Below are positions 1 through 10,188 of a stretch of DNA of 64,000 nucleotides, piece by piece. The position numbers and the translations under genes are program-made. Below the pieces are notes generated by a model that was not told the DNA's origin, searched no databases, and was given only the letters and a program-made list of their open reading frames with translations. Source of the stretch: Candidatus Moraniibacteriota bacterium (GTDB lineage: Bacteria; Patescibacteriota; Minisyncoccia; Moranbacterales; UBA1568); contig CP064974.1 of NCBI GenBank assembly GCA_016699385.1, positions 259,242 to 323,241 on the forward strand, read 5' to 3'. How positions within the stretch are numbered: position 1 is the first letter of the stretch; each line of letters starts with the position of its first letter.

Positions 1-296
1 GCGAGAAGGTTCGTAGCGGCACTCTCCGTATCGTTGATTCGTTCCTGCTTTCTGAATGGAAGACAAAGCGCGTTGCTGCGGCTCTATCGGCACTTTCCGT
101 GTCAGGAAAGAGCGCGGTAATTGCATTTTCTCAGGGAGAGGTGGGCATTGATCGGGCAAGTCACAATATTTCAAAAGTTTCATCGTTCCCAATTCATACG
201 CTGAATACGAAAGAGCTCTTGGACCATCAGTTTCTTCTTTTGAGCACGACTGCTATTGCTGATCTTGAGAAGCGCTGTATTGAAACAGTTTCATAA
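1..296 (+). CDS. rplD: 50S ribosomal protein L4, 3' partial (start lies upstream of window)
   Basis: Frame ending in stop at 294-296 with an L4-like C-terminus (..SGKSAVIAFSQGEVGID..). Its position immediately upstream of rplW matches the conserved S10-operon order. Confidence 0.7.
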   Translation, partial: EKVRSGTLRIVDSFLLSEWKTKRVAAALSALSVSGKSAVIAFSQGEVGIDRASHNISKVSSFPIHTLNTKELLDHQFLLLSTTAIADLEKRCIETVS

Positions 297-301
297 CGAA
301 T

Positions 302-622
302 ATGACCACGGACAAGAACAAAAAATCCATGCCGAGTGCCCTTGCTTCCAAAGTGTTGCTCCGTCCTCGTATGACTGAAAAGGCGCATTTTGCGATTTCT
401 TTGGGGAAATATGTTTTCCAAGTGACGCCATCGGCGACGAAGCAGTCGGTAAAGCAGTCTGTTGAGAATATTTATGGTGTTTCGGTGACAGCGGTGAATA
501 TTGTGAGTACGCCAAGGAAGCGCCGGGTATTCGGTCGATCTGTTGGCTGGAAATCTGCCATTAAGAAAGCAGTTGTGACCCTCAAAAAGGGAGAAAGTAT
601 CGATTTATTCAAAGGGGTATAG
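302..622 (+). CDS. rplW: 50S ribosomal protein L23
   Basis: The 106-aa translation matches L23, and the gene sits between L4 and L2 in conserved order. Confidence 0.85.
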   Translation: MTTDKNKKSMPSALASKVLLRPRMTEKAHFAISLGKYVFQVTPSATKQSVKQSVENIYGVSVTAVNIVSTPRKRRVFGRSVGWKSAIKKAVVTLKKGESIDLFKGV

Positions 623-649
623 CAGTGTCGGACTACTGAAACTATTCGT

Positions 650-1492
650 ATGGCCATTCATGTTTACAGAAAAAATACGGCAGGACGACGGAATATGTCC
701 ATGGTGAAGCCCGAGAACGTAAGTCGCGGGACAGTTCGTCCCGAGAAGTCTCTGACGACTTCGCTTACAAAGAAGTCGGGGCGTTCACACGGAAAGATTT
801 CGGTTCGTCACAAGGGAGGCGGACACAAGCGACGCTATCGATTGGTTGATTTTGCCCAGGTAGCACAGCAGGGTGTCTCAGCAACGGTTGTTTCGATTGA
901 GAAAGATCCGAATCGCTCTGCTCTTATCGCGCTTCTTCACTACGAGAATGGTGCCAAAGCGTATATTTTGGCAGCAGCTGGTGTTGTCATTGGGCAGAAA
1001 TTGCTTGCTGGACCGGAGGCTCCGGTTGCAGTAGGAAACAGTCTTCCACTCAAAAATATTCCTGCCAGTACTACGATTTCAAATATCGAGCTTTTCCCTG
1101 GAAAAGGCGGGCAAATGGTGCGTAGTGCCGGATCAAGCGCTTCTCTTATGTCGATAGATAGTGGTATGGCACGGATTCGACTTTCTTCTGGGGAAATACG
1201 TTTGGTGAATGCTGAATGTTATGCTACCGTGGGCGGAGTGAGCAATTTTGAGCATAGTGCTGAGAAAATTGGAAAGGCCGGGAGGAATCGCTGGAAGGGA
1301 AAGCGTCCGGCTGTTCGAGGCTCGGCGATGAATCCGGTTGACCATCCACATGGTGGAGGTGAGGGTCGCCAGGGTATTGGTCTCAAGCATCCGAAGACGC
1401 CATGGGGTAAGCCAGCACTTGGTAAGAAGACTCGTCGAAAGCGGAGGCTGAGTGATCAGTATATCGTGAAGCGTCGAGCAAAGAAGCGATAA
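650..1492 (+). CDS. rplB: 50S ribosomal protein L2
   Basis: The 280-aa translation carries L2 hallmarks (..GGGHKRRYR.., ..HPHGGGEG.., KR-rich C-terminus). Confidence 0.95.
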   Translation: MAIHVYRKNTAGRRNMSMVKPENVSRGTVRPEKSLTTSLTKKSGRSHGKISVRHKGGGHKRRYRLVDFAQVAQQGVSATVVSIEKDPNRSALIALLHYENGAKAYILAAAGVVIGQKLLAGPEAPVAVGNSLPLKNIPASTTISNIELFPGKGGQMVRSAGSSASLMSIDSGMARIRLSSGEIRLVNAECYATVGGVSNFEHSAEKIGKAGRNRWKGKRPAVRGSAMNPVDHPHGGGEGRQGIGLKHPKTPWGKPALGKKTRRKRRLSDQYIVKRRAKKR

Positions 1493-1530
1493 GCGTATAC
1501 AGAATTTTTCATTGAAGCTGATAATTTAGA

Positions 1531-1878
1531 GTGTTTTCTATGTCTCGAAGTCTCAAAAAAGGTCCCTACATCGATGAACGAGTTCTCCAGAAGGTGAGAA
1601 ATCGGAAGCCTGGCGATACGAGTCCTATAAAGACCTGGTCGCGAGCATGTGTCATTACTCCTGAAATGATTGGTGTGACCTTTGGTGTTCACAATGGGAA
1701 GGAATTTCCACAGGTGTATGTGACGGAAGATATGGTGGGTCATCGTTTGGGGGAATTCTCATTGACTCGAAAATTCACACGCCACGGCGGAAAGATGCAA
1801 AAAGAAATAGAGACTGCTTCCAAGCAAAAGGATGCTGGTGCGGCAGCAGGAGCTTCATCTGGTGGAAAGAAGAAATAA
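1531..1878 (+). CDS. rpsS: 30S ribosomal protein S19 with Ala/Gly/Lys-rich C-terminal tail
   Basis: N-terminus MSRSLKKGPYID... is canonical S19. A C-terminal extension (AGAAAGASSGGKKK) is present. Confidence 0.95.
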   Translation: MFSMSRSLKKGPYIDERVLQKVRNRKPGDTSPIKTWSRACVITPEMIGVTFGVHNGKEFPQVYVTEDMVGHRLGEFSLTRKFTRHGGKMQKEIETASKQKDAGAAAGASSGGKKK

Positions 1879-1882
1879 TGTT

Positions 1883-2398
1883 ATGAACATAGAGGCACAT
1901 CTCAACAATTTGCGTATTTCCCCTCGGAAAGTTCTCATGGTAGCCAAGATGCTCAAGGGTCTTCCGGCGCAAGAGGCAATCGTTCAGCTTGATCGCGAAC
2001 TTCGACGTGCGGCACTTCCGCTTGAAAAGTTGATCACGAGCGCTATTGCCAATGCCGAGCATAATTTTCAGGCAATTCCCGAGAATTTGATTGTGTCAAA
2101 AGTGACCGTCGGGGAGGGGCGAAAGCTAAAGCGGTGGATGCCTCGCGCGCAGGGGCGTGCGACACCGATTTGGAAGCGGATGTCTCGAGTGCATATCGTG
2201 CTTAGAGAGGTGGACCCGGAGTTGCGAGCTGCTACTTCTAAAGGGAAGACGCCTCATGCAAAGAGAGATATGTCTGAACCAGCGCAGGAGAAAGCATCAA
2301 AGACCAAATCTTTTTCCGATTCACATCGTTCTGGAAATATAAAGAAAACGTCTGGCACGCGATCATCCCGGTCTATCTTTCACCGAAAAGCTGTCTAG
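1883..2398 (+). CDS. rplV: 50S ribosomal protein L22 with long basic C-terminal extension
   Basis: Internal start MNIEAHLNNLRISPRKV.. at 1883 follows the rpsS stop directly. The L22 core is followed by a Lys/Arg/Ser-rich extension of about 60 aa. Confidence 0.9.
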   Translation: MNIEAHLNNLRISPRKVLMVAKMLKGLPAQEAIVQLDRELRRAALPLEKLITSAIANAEHNFQAIPENLIVSKVTVGEGRKLKRWMPRAQGRATPIWKRMSRVHIVLREVDPELRAATSKGKTPHAKRDMSEPAQEKASKTKSFSDSHRSGNIKKTSGTRSSRSIFHRKAV

Positions 2399-2423
2399 TT
2401 TCTGTTTTGAAGCCTCTTACATT

Positions 2424-3071
2424 ATGGGACATAAAGCAAATCCAATCGGCATGAGAATCGGCATTACGACTTCATGGAAGTCGCGATGGTTCGGTGGCAA
2501 GCTGTATCAAAGGCACCTTCGTGAGGATATCCTCATTCGAGAGTTTGTCATGAAGGAATGGAAGGCTGCAGGGATTTCCAGTGTCGAAATTGAACGCTCG
2601 TCTGGAACGATTCGACTTATCATTCGAACAGCTCGTCCGGGTGTCTTAATTGGTCGCGGAGGGACAGGTATTGAGGATGTCACTCGGACACTCAAGCACC
2701 GATTCTTTCCCGGTCGTCGTATTGACTTGAAGCTCGACGTGCAGGAGGTGAAACATTTTGAGGAAAGTGCAGTGCTTGTTGCTGGACAGGTAGCGGAACA
2801 GCTTGAGAGACGCTTGCCGTTTCGCCGTGTTCTCAAGGGAACACTTGATCAGGTGGAGAAGAGTCACGCGATTCGCGGAGTAAAGATTGAAATATCCGGA
2901 CGATTGGGTGGCGCGGAAATGTCACGAAGAGAATGGCTTTCTCGAGGGACGCTCCCACTGCATACGCTTCGAGCTGACATTGACTTTGCTTCAGCGACAG
3001 CTCGGACGACCTATGGAGCGATTGGCGTGAAGGTATGGTTGTATCGAGGAGAGAAATTCAGTAGCGATTAG
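2424..3071 (+). CDS. rpsC: 30S ribosomal protein S3
   Basis: [18 protein letters not shown].. shows the S3 KH-domain N-terminus in conserved order. Confidence 0.95.
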   Translation: MGHKANPIGMRIGITTSWKSRWFGGKLYQRHLREDILIREFVMKEWKAAGISSVEIERSSGTIRLIIRTARPGVLIGRGGTGIEDVTRTLKHRFFPGRRIDLKLDVQEVKHFEESAVLVAGQVAEQLERRLPFRRVLKGTLDQVEKSHAIRGVKIEISGRLGGAEMSRREWLSRGTLPLHTLRADIDFASATARTTYGAIGVKVWLYRGEKFSSD

Positions 3072-3090
3072 TATTGAACATGAGAATCGT

Positions 3091-3501
3091 ATGTTGATGC
3101 CGAAAAAAGTCAAACACCGGAAGATTCATCGCGGCGGAAAGGTCGAGGGAATTTCGTATGTTGGCAATCAGGTAAGCTTCGGAACCTATGGGTTGAAGTC
3201 GACGGAAGCGGGGCTTATATCTGCTCGCCAGATTGAGTCTGCACGCCGCGCGATGACACGCTATATTCAGCGTGGCGGCAAGGTGTGGATCCGGATTTTC
3301 CCTGACAAGCCGATGACGAAGAAGGGTGATGAGACGCCTATGGGAAAGGGAAAAGGAGCGGTAGACCATTTTGTTGCCAAAGTACTTGCTGGACGAGTCC
3401 TCTTTGAAATAGATGGCGTGTCTCGTGAAGTAGCTGAAAAGGCGATGAAGCTTGCTGCCTATAAGCTCTCTGTAAAAACGAAATTTGTTGTCTCTGAATA
3501 A
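3091..3501 (+). CDS. rplP: 50S ribosomal protein L16
   Basis: [15 protein letters not shown]... is a canonical L16 start. Confidence 0.95.
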   Translation: MLMPKKVKHRKIHRGGKVEGISYVGNQVSFGTYGLKSTEAGLISARQIESARRAMTRYIQRGGKVWIRIFPDKPMTKKGDETPMGKGKGAVDHFVAKVLAGRVLFEIDGVSREVAEKAMKLAAYKLSVKTKFVVSE

Positions 3502-3558
3502 GTGGGGGTTGATTTTTTTGGGAAAGAAAGGTATACTCAGAACTTCCTACGAACTATT

Positions 3559-3744
3559 ATGAATATCGCTGAAATACGGGAAAAAAGCCGAAAAGATATC
3601 GAGGAGGCACTCTTGGAAAGTCGGGAGGCACTTCGAGTTGTTCGATTTGGGATAGCTGAGCGTGAAGTGAAGAATCATCAGGAACACCGACGACTCCGTC
3701 GGGAAATTGCGCGAATGCTGACCGTGCTCAGCGAACGGATATAA
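3559..3744 (+). CDS. rpmC: 50S ribosomal protein L29
   Basis: Internal ATG at 3559 (MNIAEIREKS..) gives a 61-aa L29-like coiled-coil protein. The annotated ORF start at 3502 is probably upstream read-through. Confidence 0.85.
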   Translation: MNIAEIREKSRKDIEEALLESREALRVVRFGIAEREVKNHQEHRRLRREIARMLTVLSERI

Positions 3745-3751
3745 TTTTCTT

Positions 3752-4039
3752 GTGCTTGTTGGTATGACGAAGAAATCCCTACAATCTGAAATCTCTCAAT
3801 CGGCGAAAGCACCAGTATTTCGAGGTACGGTCGTGAGTGATCGAATGGAGAAAACTATCGTTGTCTCTGTAGAGACGCTCAAGACGCACCCGAAATATCG
3901 GAAGAAGTACCGATCAACGAGACGATATCAGGTACATGATCCGGAGAAAAAGCATGTGGTTGGAGATACGGTGGAGTTTCGCGAGTGTCCGCCAGTTAGT
4001 CGGCACAAGCGGCACGAAGTGATTGTCTCGGAGAAGTAA
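3752..4039 (+). CDS. rpsQ: 30S ribosomal protein S17
   Basis: ..FRGTVVSDRMEKTIVVSVE..HPKYRK.. matches the S17 OB fold. The start could also be MTKK at 3764. Confidence 0.9.
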   Translation: MLVGMTKKSLQSEISQSAKAPVFRGTVVSDRMEKTIVVSVETLKTHPKYRKKYRSTRRYQVHDPEKKHVVGDTVEFRECPPVSRHKRHEVIVSEK

Positions 4040-4083
4040 TTAAATTTTGAAATCTTGACAGGCGAGTAAGAATAATCAGACCT

Positions 4084-4449
4084 ATGATTCAGGCGGAAAC
4101 ACAACTGAAAGTGGCGGACAATAGCGGAGCGATTGTGATCGAATGCTTCAAAGTGCTTGGAGGGAGCAAGCGTCGATATGCAGCGCTTGGCGATATCATC
4201 GTTGCGTCAGTAAAGTCGTCTCAGCCGAGAGGTATGGTGAAGAAGGGTGATAAGGTAAAAGCGGTTATTGTTCGCCAAAAAGACACCTATCGTCGTGCTG
4301 ACAATTCCTGTATTCGGTTTGATGAAAATGCCGCTGTGATTCTCGAAGGAACAGAGCCAAAAGGATCGCGAGTTTTTGGGCCAATTGCTCGAGAAGTGCG
4401 TGACCGTGGCTTTGCGAAAATTGTTTCTCTTGCTCCGGAAGTTTTGTAA
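4084..4449 (+). CDS. rplN: 50S ribosomal protein L14
   Basis: [16 protein letters not shown]... is canonical L14. Confidence 0.95.
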   Translation: MIQAETQLKVADNSGAIVIECFKVLGGSKRRYAALGDIIVASVKSSQPRGMVKKGDKVKAVIVRQKDTYRRADNSCIRFDENAAVILEGTEPKGSRVFGPIAREVRDRGFAKIVSLAPEVL

Positions 4450-4476
4450 GGCATCTATATCCCCTGAACAACCCCT

Positions 4477-4785
4477 ATGAAATTCAAGAAAGGAGATGAA
4501 GTCGAGATTATTACTGGAAAGGACAAAGGAAAACGAGGTCCTGTGTCTCGTACGGTGCCAACTCTTGGACAGATTGTAGTTGAGGGGGTAAATGTGCGAA
4601 AGAAACACATCAAGTCTCGAAAAGAAGGTCAGAAAGGTGAGCGAGTTGAAATATCATCGCCATTCTCAATATCCAAGGCGATGCTCGTGTGTCCTCATAC
4701 GGGGAAACTGACGAGAATTGGGTATCAAATGGAGAGCGGCGAGAAGATTCGCATCAGCAAGCGAGCAAATAAGCCGATTGCCTAA
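4477..4785 (+). CDS. rplX: 50S ribosomal protein L24
   Basis: MKFKKGDEVEIITGKDKGKRG.. shows the L24 KOW motif. Confidence 0.93.
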   Translation: MKFKKGDEVEIITGKDKGKRGPVSRTVPTLGQIVVEGVNVRKKHIKSRKEGQKGERVEISSPFSISKAMLVCPHTGKLTRIGYQMESGEKIRISKRANKPIA

Positions 4786-4825
4786 TATATCAAGAAAGAA
4801 CCGTTGAACCGTTTCCTCTACCTCT

Positions 4826-5389
4826 ATGGAACATGTCGATGTCACCATCCCACTCAAAGAAATCTATCGGACCCGCGCGGTTCCGGCACTGCTTGCTGCC
4901 TCTGGGAAATCCAATCCTATGGCGGTTGCGCGTGTTCAGAAAGTGGTTGTCAATGCCGGCATCGGGAAGTTTCTCAAGGAGGAACAGCGGGTTGAAGAAA
5001 TTGTTCGCTCGATAACGGATATCACCGGACAAAAGCCGGTCTTGACCCAAGCGAAGAAGGCGATTGCTGGATTTAAGATTCGTGAAGGACTAGCGGTCGG
5101 CGTGAAAGTGACACTGCGAGGGGATCGTATGTGGGACTTCTTGGATCGTCTTATCAAGACGGCTTTTCCACGAGTTCGGGACTTTCAGGGCATATCATCT
5201 TCAGTTGTAGACAGCAATGGACATCTCAATGTCGGAATTCGTGAGCATGCGGTATTTCCTGAGATTATCCCCGAGAAAGTGCAGACTTCGTTTGGGCTTC
5301 AGGTGACGGTTGTCACGACAGCAAAGACAAGAGATGTGGGTCTTACGCTCGCGAAGTCCCTCGGATTCCCGCTCCGCGACACCAATTAA
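4826..5389 (+). CDS. rplE: 50S ribosomal protein L5
   Basis: The 187-aa translation has L5 hallmarks (..VVVNAGIG.., ..[25 protein letters not shown]..). Confidence 0.95.
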   Translation: MEHVDVTIPLKEIYRTRAVPALLAASGKSNPMAVARVQKVVVNAGIGKFLKEEQRVEEIVRSITDITGQKPVLTQAKKAIAGFKIREGLAVGVKVTLRGDRMWDFLDRLIKTAFPRVRDFQGISSSVVDSNGHLNVGIREHAVFPEIIPEKVQTSFGLQVTVVTTAKTRDVGLTLAKSLGFPLRDTN

Positions 5390-5402
5390 AAGAATATATT
5401 GT

Positions 5403-5588
5403 ATGGCGAAGACATCGACCGTAGCGAGAGCTCGGAAACAACCAAAATTCTCTACTCGAATTGTTCGCCGATGCTGGCGTTGCGGACGGAAGCACGGCTA
5501 TCTTCGAAAGTTTGATTTGTGTCGAATTTGTTTCCGTGAGCTAGCGAGTAAAGGGGAAATTCCGGGTGTTCGAAAATCTTCATGGTAA
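5403..5588 (+). CDS. rpsZ: 30S ribosomal protein S14 type Z (zinc-binding)
   Basis: Internal start [12 protein letters not shown].. gives 61 aa with a C-x2-C...C-x2-C zinc ribbon ([20 protein letters not shown]). Confidence 0.9.
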   Translation: MAKTSTVARARKQPKFSTRIVRRCWRCGRKHGYLRKFDLCRICFRELASKGEIPGVRKSSW

Positions 5589-5592
5589 TTCT

Positions 5593-6000
5593 ATGGATAC
5601 TATTGCAAACATGTTAACGAGAATCCGGAACGCTCAGCGAGCGGGACACGCTTCCGTCACACTTCCCTCATCCAAAGTGAAGTTGGCAATTGCATCCATA
5701 CTCGAGCGGAAGGGATTTGTGGAAAAAGCGACTGAGGAAGACCTTGGAAAGGGGTCTGCCAAAAGTCTTCATATTGTACTTCGGTATCGTCGTGTTTCTC
5801 CGACGGAGCTCGACCCAGCTATTCGCGAGATTCGTCGCGTGAGTCGCGGAGGACAGAGAATGTATGTGAAACACGAGGATATCCGGAAGGTAAAGAATGG
5901 TTTCGGTCTCGCCATTGTATCAACTTCCAAGGGAGTGATGACGGGGACAGAAGCGTATCACTCCGGACTCGGGGGAGAGTATCTCTGTCAGGTGTGGTAG
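5593..6000 (+). CDS. rpsH: 30S ribosomal protein S8
   Basis: MDTIANMLTRIRNA.. is a canonical S8 start. Confidence 0.95.
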   Translation: MDTIANMLTRIRNAQRAGHASVTLPSSKVKLAIASILERKGFVEKATEEDLGKGSAKSLHIVLRYRRVSPTELDPAIREIRRVSRGGQRMYVKHEDIRKVKNGFGLAIVSTSKGVMTGTEAYHSGLGGEYLCQVW

Positions 6001-6067
6001 AGGTTTGGGCAGTTTTCTCCTTGGGGCTGTACGAAAGCTCGGAAGTCCTGTAGGATTTTATCTAGCA

Positions 6068-6613
6068 ATGAAGCATATGAGCAGAATTGGAAAACAACCC
6101 ATTGCCATTCCAGCGGGTGTCGAGGCGACGCTTTCTGGAAATGTGGTGACAGCCAAAGGTCCCAAGGGAGTCCTTTCTTTGACGCACCACTACGATGTGA
6201 TTGTGAAAATCGAAGGTTCTGAGGTTTTGATTGAGAAGCGGGTGAATTCAAAGATGGCGCCGGCCCTCTGGGGAACCACCGCTCGATTGATTCACAATAT
6301 GATTGTCGGTGTGACTGCGGGGTTCTCAAAGCGCCTTGAACTGAACGGTGTCGGGTATCGCATGGTATTGCAGGGGCAGAAATTGGTATTTGCACTTGGT
6401 TTCTCGCATCCAGTTGAAGTTGCTCTTCCCGAAGGAATTGCAGCGAAAATAGAGAACAATGTATTGGATATCTCTGGTATAGATAAGCAGGCTGTGGGGC
6501 AGTTTACTGCAGAAATAAAGAAACTGAAGCCCGTTGAGCCTTACAAGGGAAAGGGATTTAGATATGTCGGAGAGACAGTATTGAAGAAGGAAGGCAAGAA
6601 ATCAGCCGCTTAA
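6068..6613 (+). CDS. rplF: 50S ribosomal protein L6
   Basis: MKHMSRIGKQPIAIPAGV.. opens L6. The start is 6068, or 6077 if the MSRIGK variant is used. Confidence 0.93.
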   Translation: MKHMSRIGKQPIAIPAGVEATLSGNVVTAKGPKGVLSLTHHYDVIVKIEGSEVLIEKRVNSKMAPALWGTTARLIHNMIVGVTAGFSKRLELNGVGYRMVLQGQKLVFALGFSHPVEVALPEGIAAKIENNVLDISGIDKQAVGQFTAEIKKLKPVEPYKGKGFRYVGETVLKKEGKKSAA

Positions 6614-6619
6614 TGACGA

Positions 6620-6985
6620 ATGGATATGAAAGGATCACTGACAAAAAAAAGTGGGCGAACGCTCCGAAAAAATCGGGTTCGTGCACGCATATCCGGGAGT
6701 GTGGAGCGTCCTCGTCTTTCGGTATTTCGAAGCCTTCGAGGAATTTCCGTGCAAGCGATTGATGATGTGAATGGGAAAACACTTTTCTCTGCGTATCTTC
6801 GTGAAATCAAAAATGGGAAGGCGTCGAATACCATTGCCGGTGCGCATGAAGTGGGAAAGTTGATAGCCAAGAAATGTCTCGCTGGGAATATTCAGAGCGC
6901 TCTCTTTGATCGAAGTAGCTATCGGTATCACGGTCGTGTGAAAGCGGTCGCGGAGGGAGCTCGAGAGGGTGGTTTGGTATTTTAG
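6620..6985 (+). CDS. rplR: 50S ribosomal protein L18
   Basis: The 121-aa translation shows L18 features (..RPRLSVFRS..IYAQ-like, C-terminal ..RYHGRVKA..). Confidence 0.92.
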   Translation: MDMKGSLTKKSGRTLRKNRVRARISGSVERPRLSVFRSLRGISVQAIDDVNGKTLFSAYLREIKNGKASNTIAGAHEVGKLIAKKCLAGNIQSALFDRSSYRYHGRVKAVAEGAREGGLVF

Positions 6986-7006
6986 CGGTAAACCATGTAA
7001 CTTTGG

Positions 7007-7576
7007 GTGAACGAATCTATGTCCAAGCAGAACAGAAAACCGAAACGTCGAGAGAAACCGGAGTATGATCAGAAACTTCTGAACCTTGCTCGCGTGACGC
7101 GCGTGGTAAAAGGCGGACGGCGATTTCGTTTTCGTGCGACGCTGGTTATTGGGAATCGGAAAGGCAAGGTCGGCGTTGGCGTTGCAAAGGGTTCGGATGT
7201 CTCAGATTCTATACAGAAGGCATTTAACGATGCGAAACGGAATATGATATCGGTGATGCTGGACGGTTCGACTATACCACATGATGTCCGCGAGAAATTG
7301 GGGAGCTCGATAGTTCTTCTAAAGCCGGGTATTGCTGGGCAGGGTATTATTGCTGGTGGCGCTGTCCGAGCAGTTATGGATTTAGCGGGTATCAAAGATA
7401 TCGTTTCCAAGTCACTTGGAGCATCAAATCCTCTCAATGTTGCTCGTACGACGGTTCGTGCGCTCTCGCGATTCCGAACAAAGCCGAGTATGAGACACGA
7501 TGAGAACGTATCGGAAACTGAACAAGTGGTAGCTGCCACAGATACTCCTGTTGCAGAAGTGACGACTCAGGTATAA
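7007..7576 (+). CDS. rpsE: 30S ribosomal protein S5
   Basis: ..LARVTRVVKGGRRFRFRATLVIGNRKGKVGVGVAKG.. matches the S5 dsRBD and C-terminal domains. It is followed directly by rplO with no L30 gene between them. Confidence 0.95.
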   Translation: MNESMSKQNRKPKRREKPEYDQKLLNLARVTRVVKGGRRFRFRATLVIGNRKGKVGVGVAKGSDVSDSIQKAFNDAKRNMISVMLDGSTIPHDVREKLGSSIVLLKPGIAGQGIIAGGAVRAVMDLAGIKDIVSKSLGASNPLNVARTTVRALSRFRTKPSMRHDENVSETEQVVAATDTPVAEVTTQV

Positions 7577-7593
7577 CACGACGAACGAATACT

Positions 7594-8076
7594 ATGCAGA
7601 TTCATGAAATTTCTTCAGGAAATCGGTTGCGACGAAAGCGCGTAGGGCGCGGCGGGAAGCGCGGCACATACTCTGGTCGCGGAAACAAGGGACAGAAGGC
7701 TCGCTCGGGCGCACACGTGAACCCGCTTTTTGAAGGTGGACACACATCGATTGTCGATCGTCTCAAGAAAGTGCGAGGATTTAAGTCGCCACATGCGAAG
7801 AAGTCATTTGTGAAGCTCTCAGACATTGTCCGGGTATTTACATCCGAAGAGACCGTGTCAGCGGAAACATTGGTAGCAAAGAATCTCGCTCCGACAGAAA
7901 TCTTGAAGAGCGGTGTGAAGATTATCGGCTTGGGAACTGTTCCAAAGAATCTTTCTTTTGATTCAGCTCTTTCGTTTTCGGAAAGCGTCCGCGCCGGTAT
8001 CGAGAAGTCCGGCGGGAAAATGGTATCGATGAAGAAATCTGTTTCAGCGGACAACGCAGAAGAGGAGAGTCGATAA
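7594..8076 (+). CDS. rplO: 50S ribosomal protein L15
   Basis: The L15 N-terminus matches (..RKRVGRGGKRGTYSGRGNKGQKARSG..). Confidence 0.93.
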   Translation: MQIHEISSGNRLRRKRVGRGGKRGTYSGRGNKGQKARSGAHVNPLFEGGHTSIVDRLKKVRGFKSPHAKKSFVKLSDIVRVFTSEETVSAETLVAKNLAPTEILKSGVKIIGLGTVPKNLSFDSALSFSESVRAGIEKSGGKMVSMKKSVSADNAEEESR

Positions 8077-8095
8077 CAACCGGAACACAAAAGTT

Positions 8096-9376
8096 ATGTA
8101 TGCAGCACTCATTCGTATTTTTTCCGAGAAGGAAATACGAAACAAAATCCTATTTATTTTTGGAGCGCTGGTAGTGTATCGGATAGCGGCAGTTGTGCCG
8201 TTGCCCGGTGTTGATGTTTTGCAGCTCCAGCGGTTTTTTGATCAAAATCAGTTTCTTGGACTTTTGAATGTCTTTGCTGGTGGAGGGATTTCGAGTGTTT
8301 CTATCGTGCTCTTGGGAGTGGCGCCGTATATTACGGCGTCTATTATTATGCAGCTTTTGACGACGGTCGTACCTCGTCTTGAGCGGATTTACAAGGAGGA
8401 GGGCGAAGCTGGGCGACAGAAATTCAACATGGTGACGCGATGGCTGACGATCCCGCTCGCCGTTATTCAGACCTTTAGCATGATATCGTTGCTTCGGTCG
8501 CAGGGTGTTTTGGGACAAATCACTGCCTTCGATACGACCGCGATGGTGATTATTGCGACAGCTGGTACGATTCTGCTTATGTGGCTTGGCGAGCTGATTA
8601 CCGAAAAGGGACTTGGGAATGGTGTCTCGATTATGATTTTTGCGGGCATCATGGCGGGCATCCCGGGAGTGCTCGCGCGTTTTCTCGATACGTTCGGGCA
8701 GAGTCCTGATGATTTTTTCAATAATATCGTCTTTGCAATAGTGGCGCTCCTCATGGTGGCGGGCATTGTGTTTGTCAATGAGGCACAGCGTACCATTCCG
8801 ATTTCCTATGCCAAGCGTATTCGGGGGGGCATTGCCGCGGCGGGCACATCGACACATCTTCCGTTGCGCGTCAATCAAGCAGGGGTAATCCCGATAATTT
8901 TCGCGGTTTCACTCATTATTTTGCCAAATGTCGTCGCTGGGTATCTCATGAAAACAGCGACGAATCCGACTGTGGCGAGTCTGGCGTCGAAGGCTTATTT
9001 CCTCTTTCAGAATCAGTGGTTCTACGGGATATTCTATTTCTCACTTGTCGTTGTCTTCACCTATTTCTATACCGCGGTTATTTTTGATCCGACGAAAATT
9101 GCCGAGAATCTGCAGAAACAGGGTGGCTATGTGCCGGGTATACGCCCAGGGACGCCAACCGTGGAATATTTGGCAAAAGTTTTGGGGCATGTGACGCTGG
9201 TTGGAGCGGTGTTCTTGGGGACGGTCGCTGTGCTTCCGGTTGTGGTACGCGGTTTGACTGGTGTACAGTCGCTCACAATTGGTGGTATCAGTATTCTTAT
9301 TGTTGTATCTGTGGTACTTGAGATGGTCAAGCATGTGCAGAGCCAGCTTGCTATGCGAAGCTATGAGGGATTTTGA
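8096..9376 (+). CDS. secY: Preprotein translocase subunit SecY
   Basis: The 426-aa polytopic membrane protein has SecY signature regions and sits after rplO in conserved order. Confidence 0.95.
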   Translation: MYAALIRIFSEKEIRNKILFIFGALVVYRIAAVVPLPGVDVLQLQRFFDQNQFLGLLNVFAGGGISSVSIVLLGVAPYITASIIMQLLTTVVPRLERIYKEEGEAGRQKFNMVTRWLTIPLAVIQTFSMISLLRSQGVLGQITAFDTTAMVIIATAGTILLMWLGELITEKGLGNGVSIMIFAGIMAGIPGVLARFLDTFGQSPDDFFNNIVFAIVALLMVAGIVFVNEAQRTIPISYAKRIRGGIAAAGTSTHLPLRVNQAGVIPIIFAVSLIILPNVVAGYLMKTATNPTVASLASKAYFLFQNQWFYGIFYFSLVVVFTYFYTAVIFDPTKIAENLQKQGGYVPGIRPGTPTVEYLAKVLGHVTLVGAVFLGTVAVLPVVVRGLTGVQSLTIGGISILIVVSVVLEMVKHVQSQLAMRSYEGF

Positions 9377-9400
9377 GATTCTTTTCTTTTTACTTTTTAC

Positions 9401-10066
9401 ATGAACACATTATTTACGGCTATTTTGCTAGGACCTCCGGGAAGTGGGAAGAGCACGCAGGCAGATTTTTTGGTGCGAGAGATGGAGGCGGTGCATGTTG
9501 ATATCGGTCTCGCACTTCGGAAGACCGCTGAAATGAACACGCCTCTTGGCGCGCGAGTTGCAGATATTATGAATCGCCGAAAGGAGCTTGTTCCGGATGA
9601 TATTGTCGAAGAAGTACTCTCGGGTGCACTTGCCTCGGTGCCTCCGAATCGATTGGTGATTGTTGATGGTGCTCCTCGTTGTGAAACACAGATTGAAATT
9701 ATCGATGCTATACTCAAGACATTCGAACGACGAGTGAATCTTGCTGTGTATGTTGCTCTCTCGGAAGAAGAATCGGTGCGGCGGATTTCTCGCAGATGGA
9801 TGTGTTCGCAGTGCAATCAGTCGTTTGTGTCGGGAGTAGATTTCTCGGAAGGAAACGCTCTCTGTCCTTCATGTGCTCTGCCACTTTCACGGAGAAAGGA
9901 TGATACAGAAGAGGGTGTGCGAAAACGATTCCAGGTATTTTCCTCGAATACGCTTCCAGTTGTAGAACACTACCGCAAGGAGGGCACGCTGCTTGAGGTT
10001 GATGGCACGCAAGATCCCATTACAATTTTTGGTGATATACGAAAACGTATCATGTCAAACCTTTAG
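9401..10066 (+). CDS. adk: Adenylate kinase with zinc-binding LID
   Basis: P-loop GPPGSGKSTQ is present, and the LID carries CSQC...CPSC. Confidence 0.93.
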   Translation: MNTLFTAILLGPPGSGKSTQADFLVREMEAVHVDIGLALRKTAEMNTPLGARVADIMNRRKELVPDDIVEEVLSGALASVPPNRLVIVDGAPRCETQIEIIDAILKTFERRVNLAVYVALSEEESVRRISRRWMCSQCNQSFVSGVDFSEGNALCPSCALPLSRRKDDTEEGVRKRFQVFSSNTLPVVEHYRKEGTLLEVDGTQDPITIFGDIRKRIMSNL

Positions 10067-10188
10067 TTCGCTCTTTTGTGACACAATGAAATTGAAAGAC
10101 AGAACGGTTTTTTTCAGAGTATTCTCATAAGAAAATTTTGGAAAGCTACGCCTTTCGGAAGCATGTCGCCTAAAGATGTATACGTGCT

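Noticed and set aside
7069-8878. Minus-strand ORFs of 156, 162 and 242 aa inside rpsE, rplO and secY
   Set aside because: They are antisense to highly conserved ribosomal and secY genes. Their composition is Arg/Ser/Pro-rich, typical of GC-skewed antisense frames.
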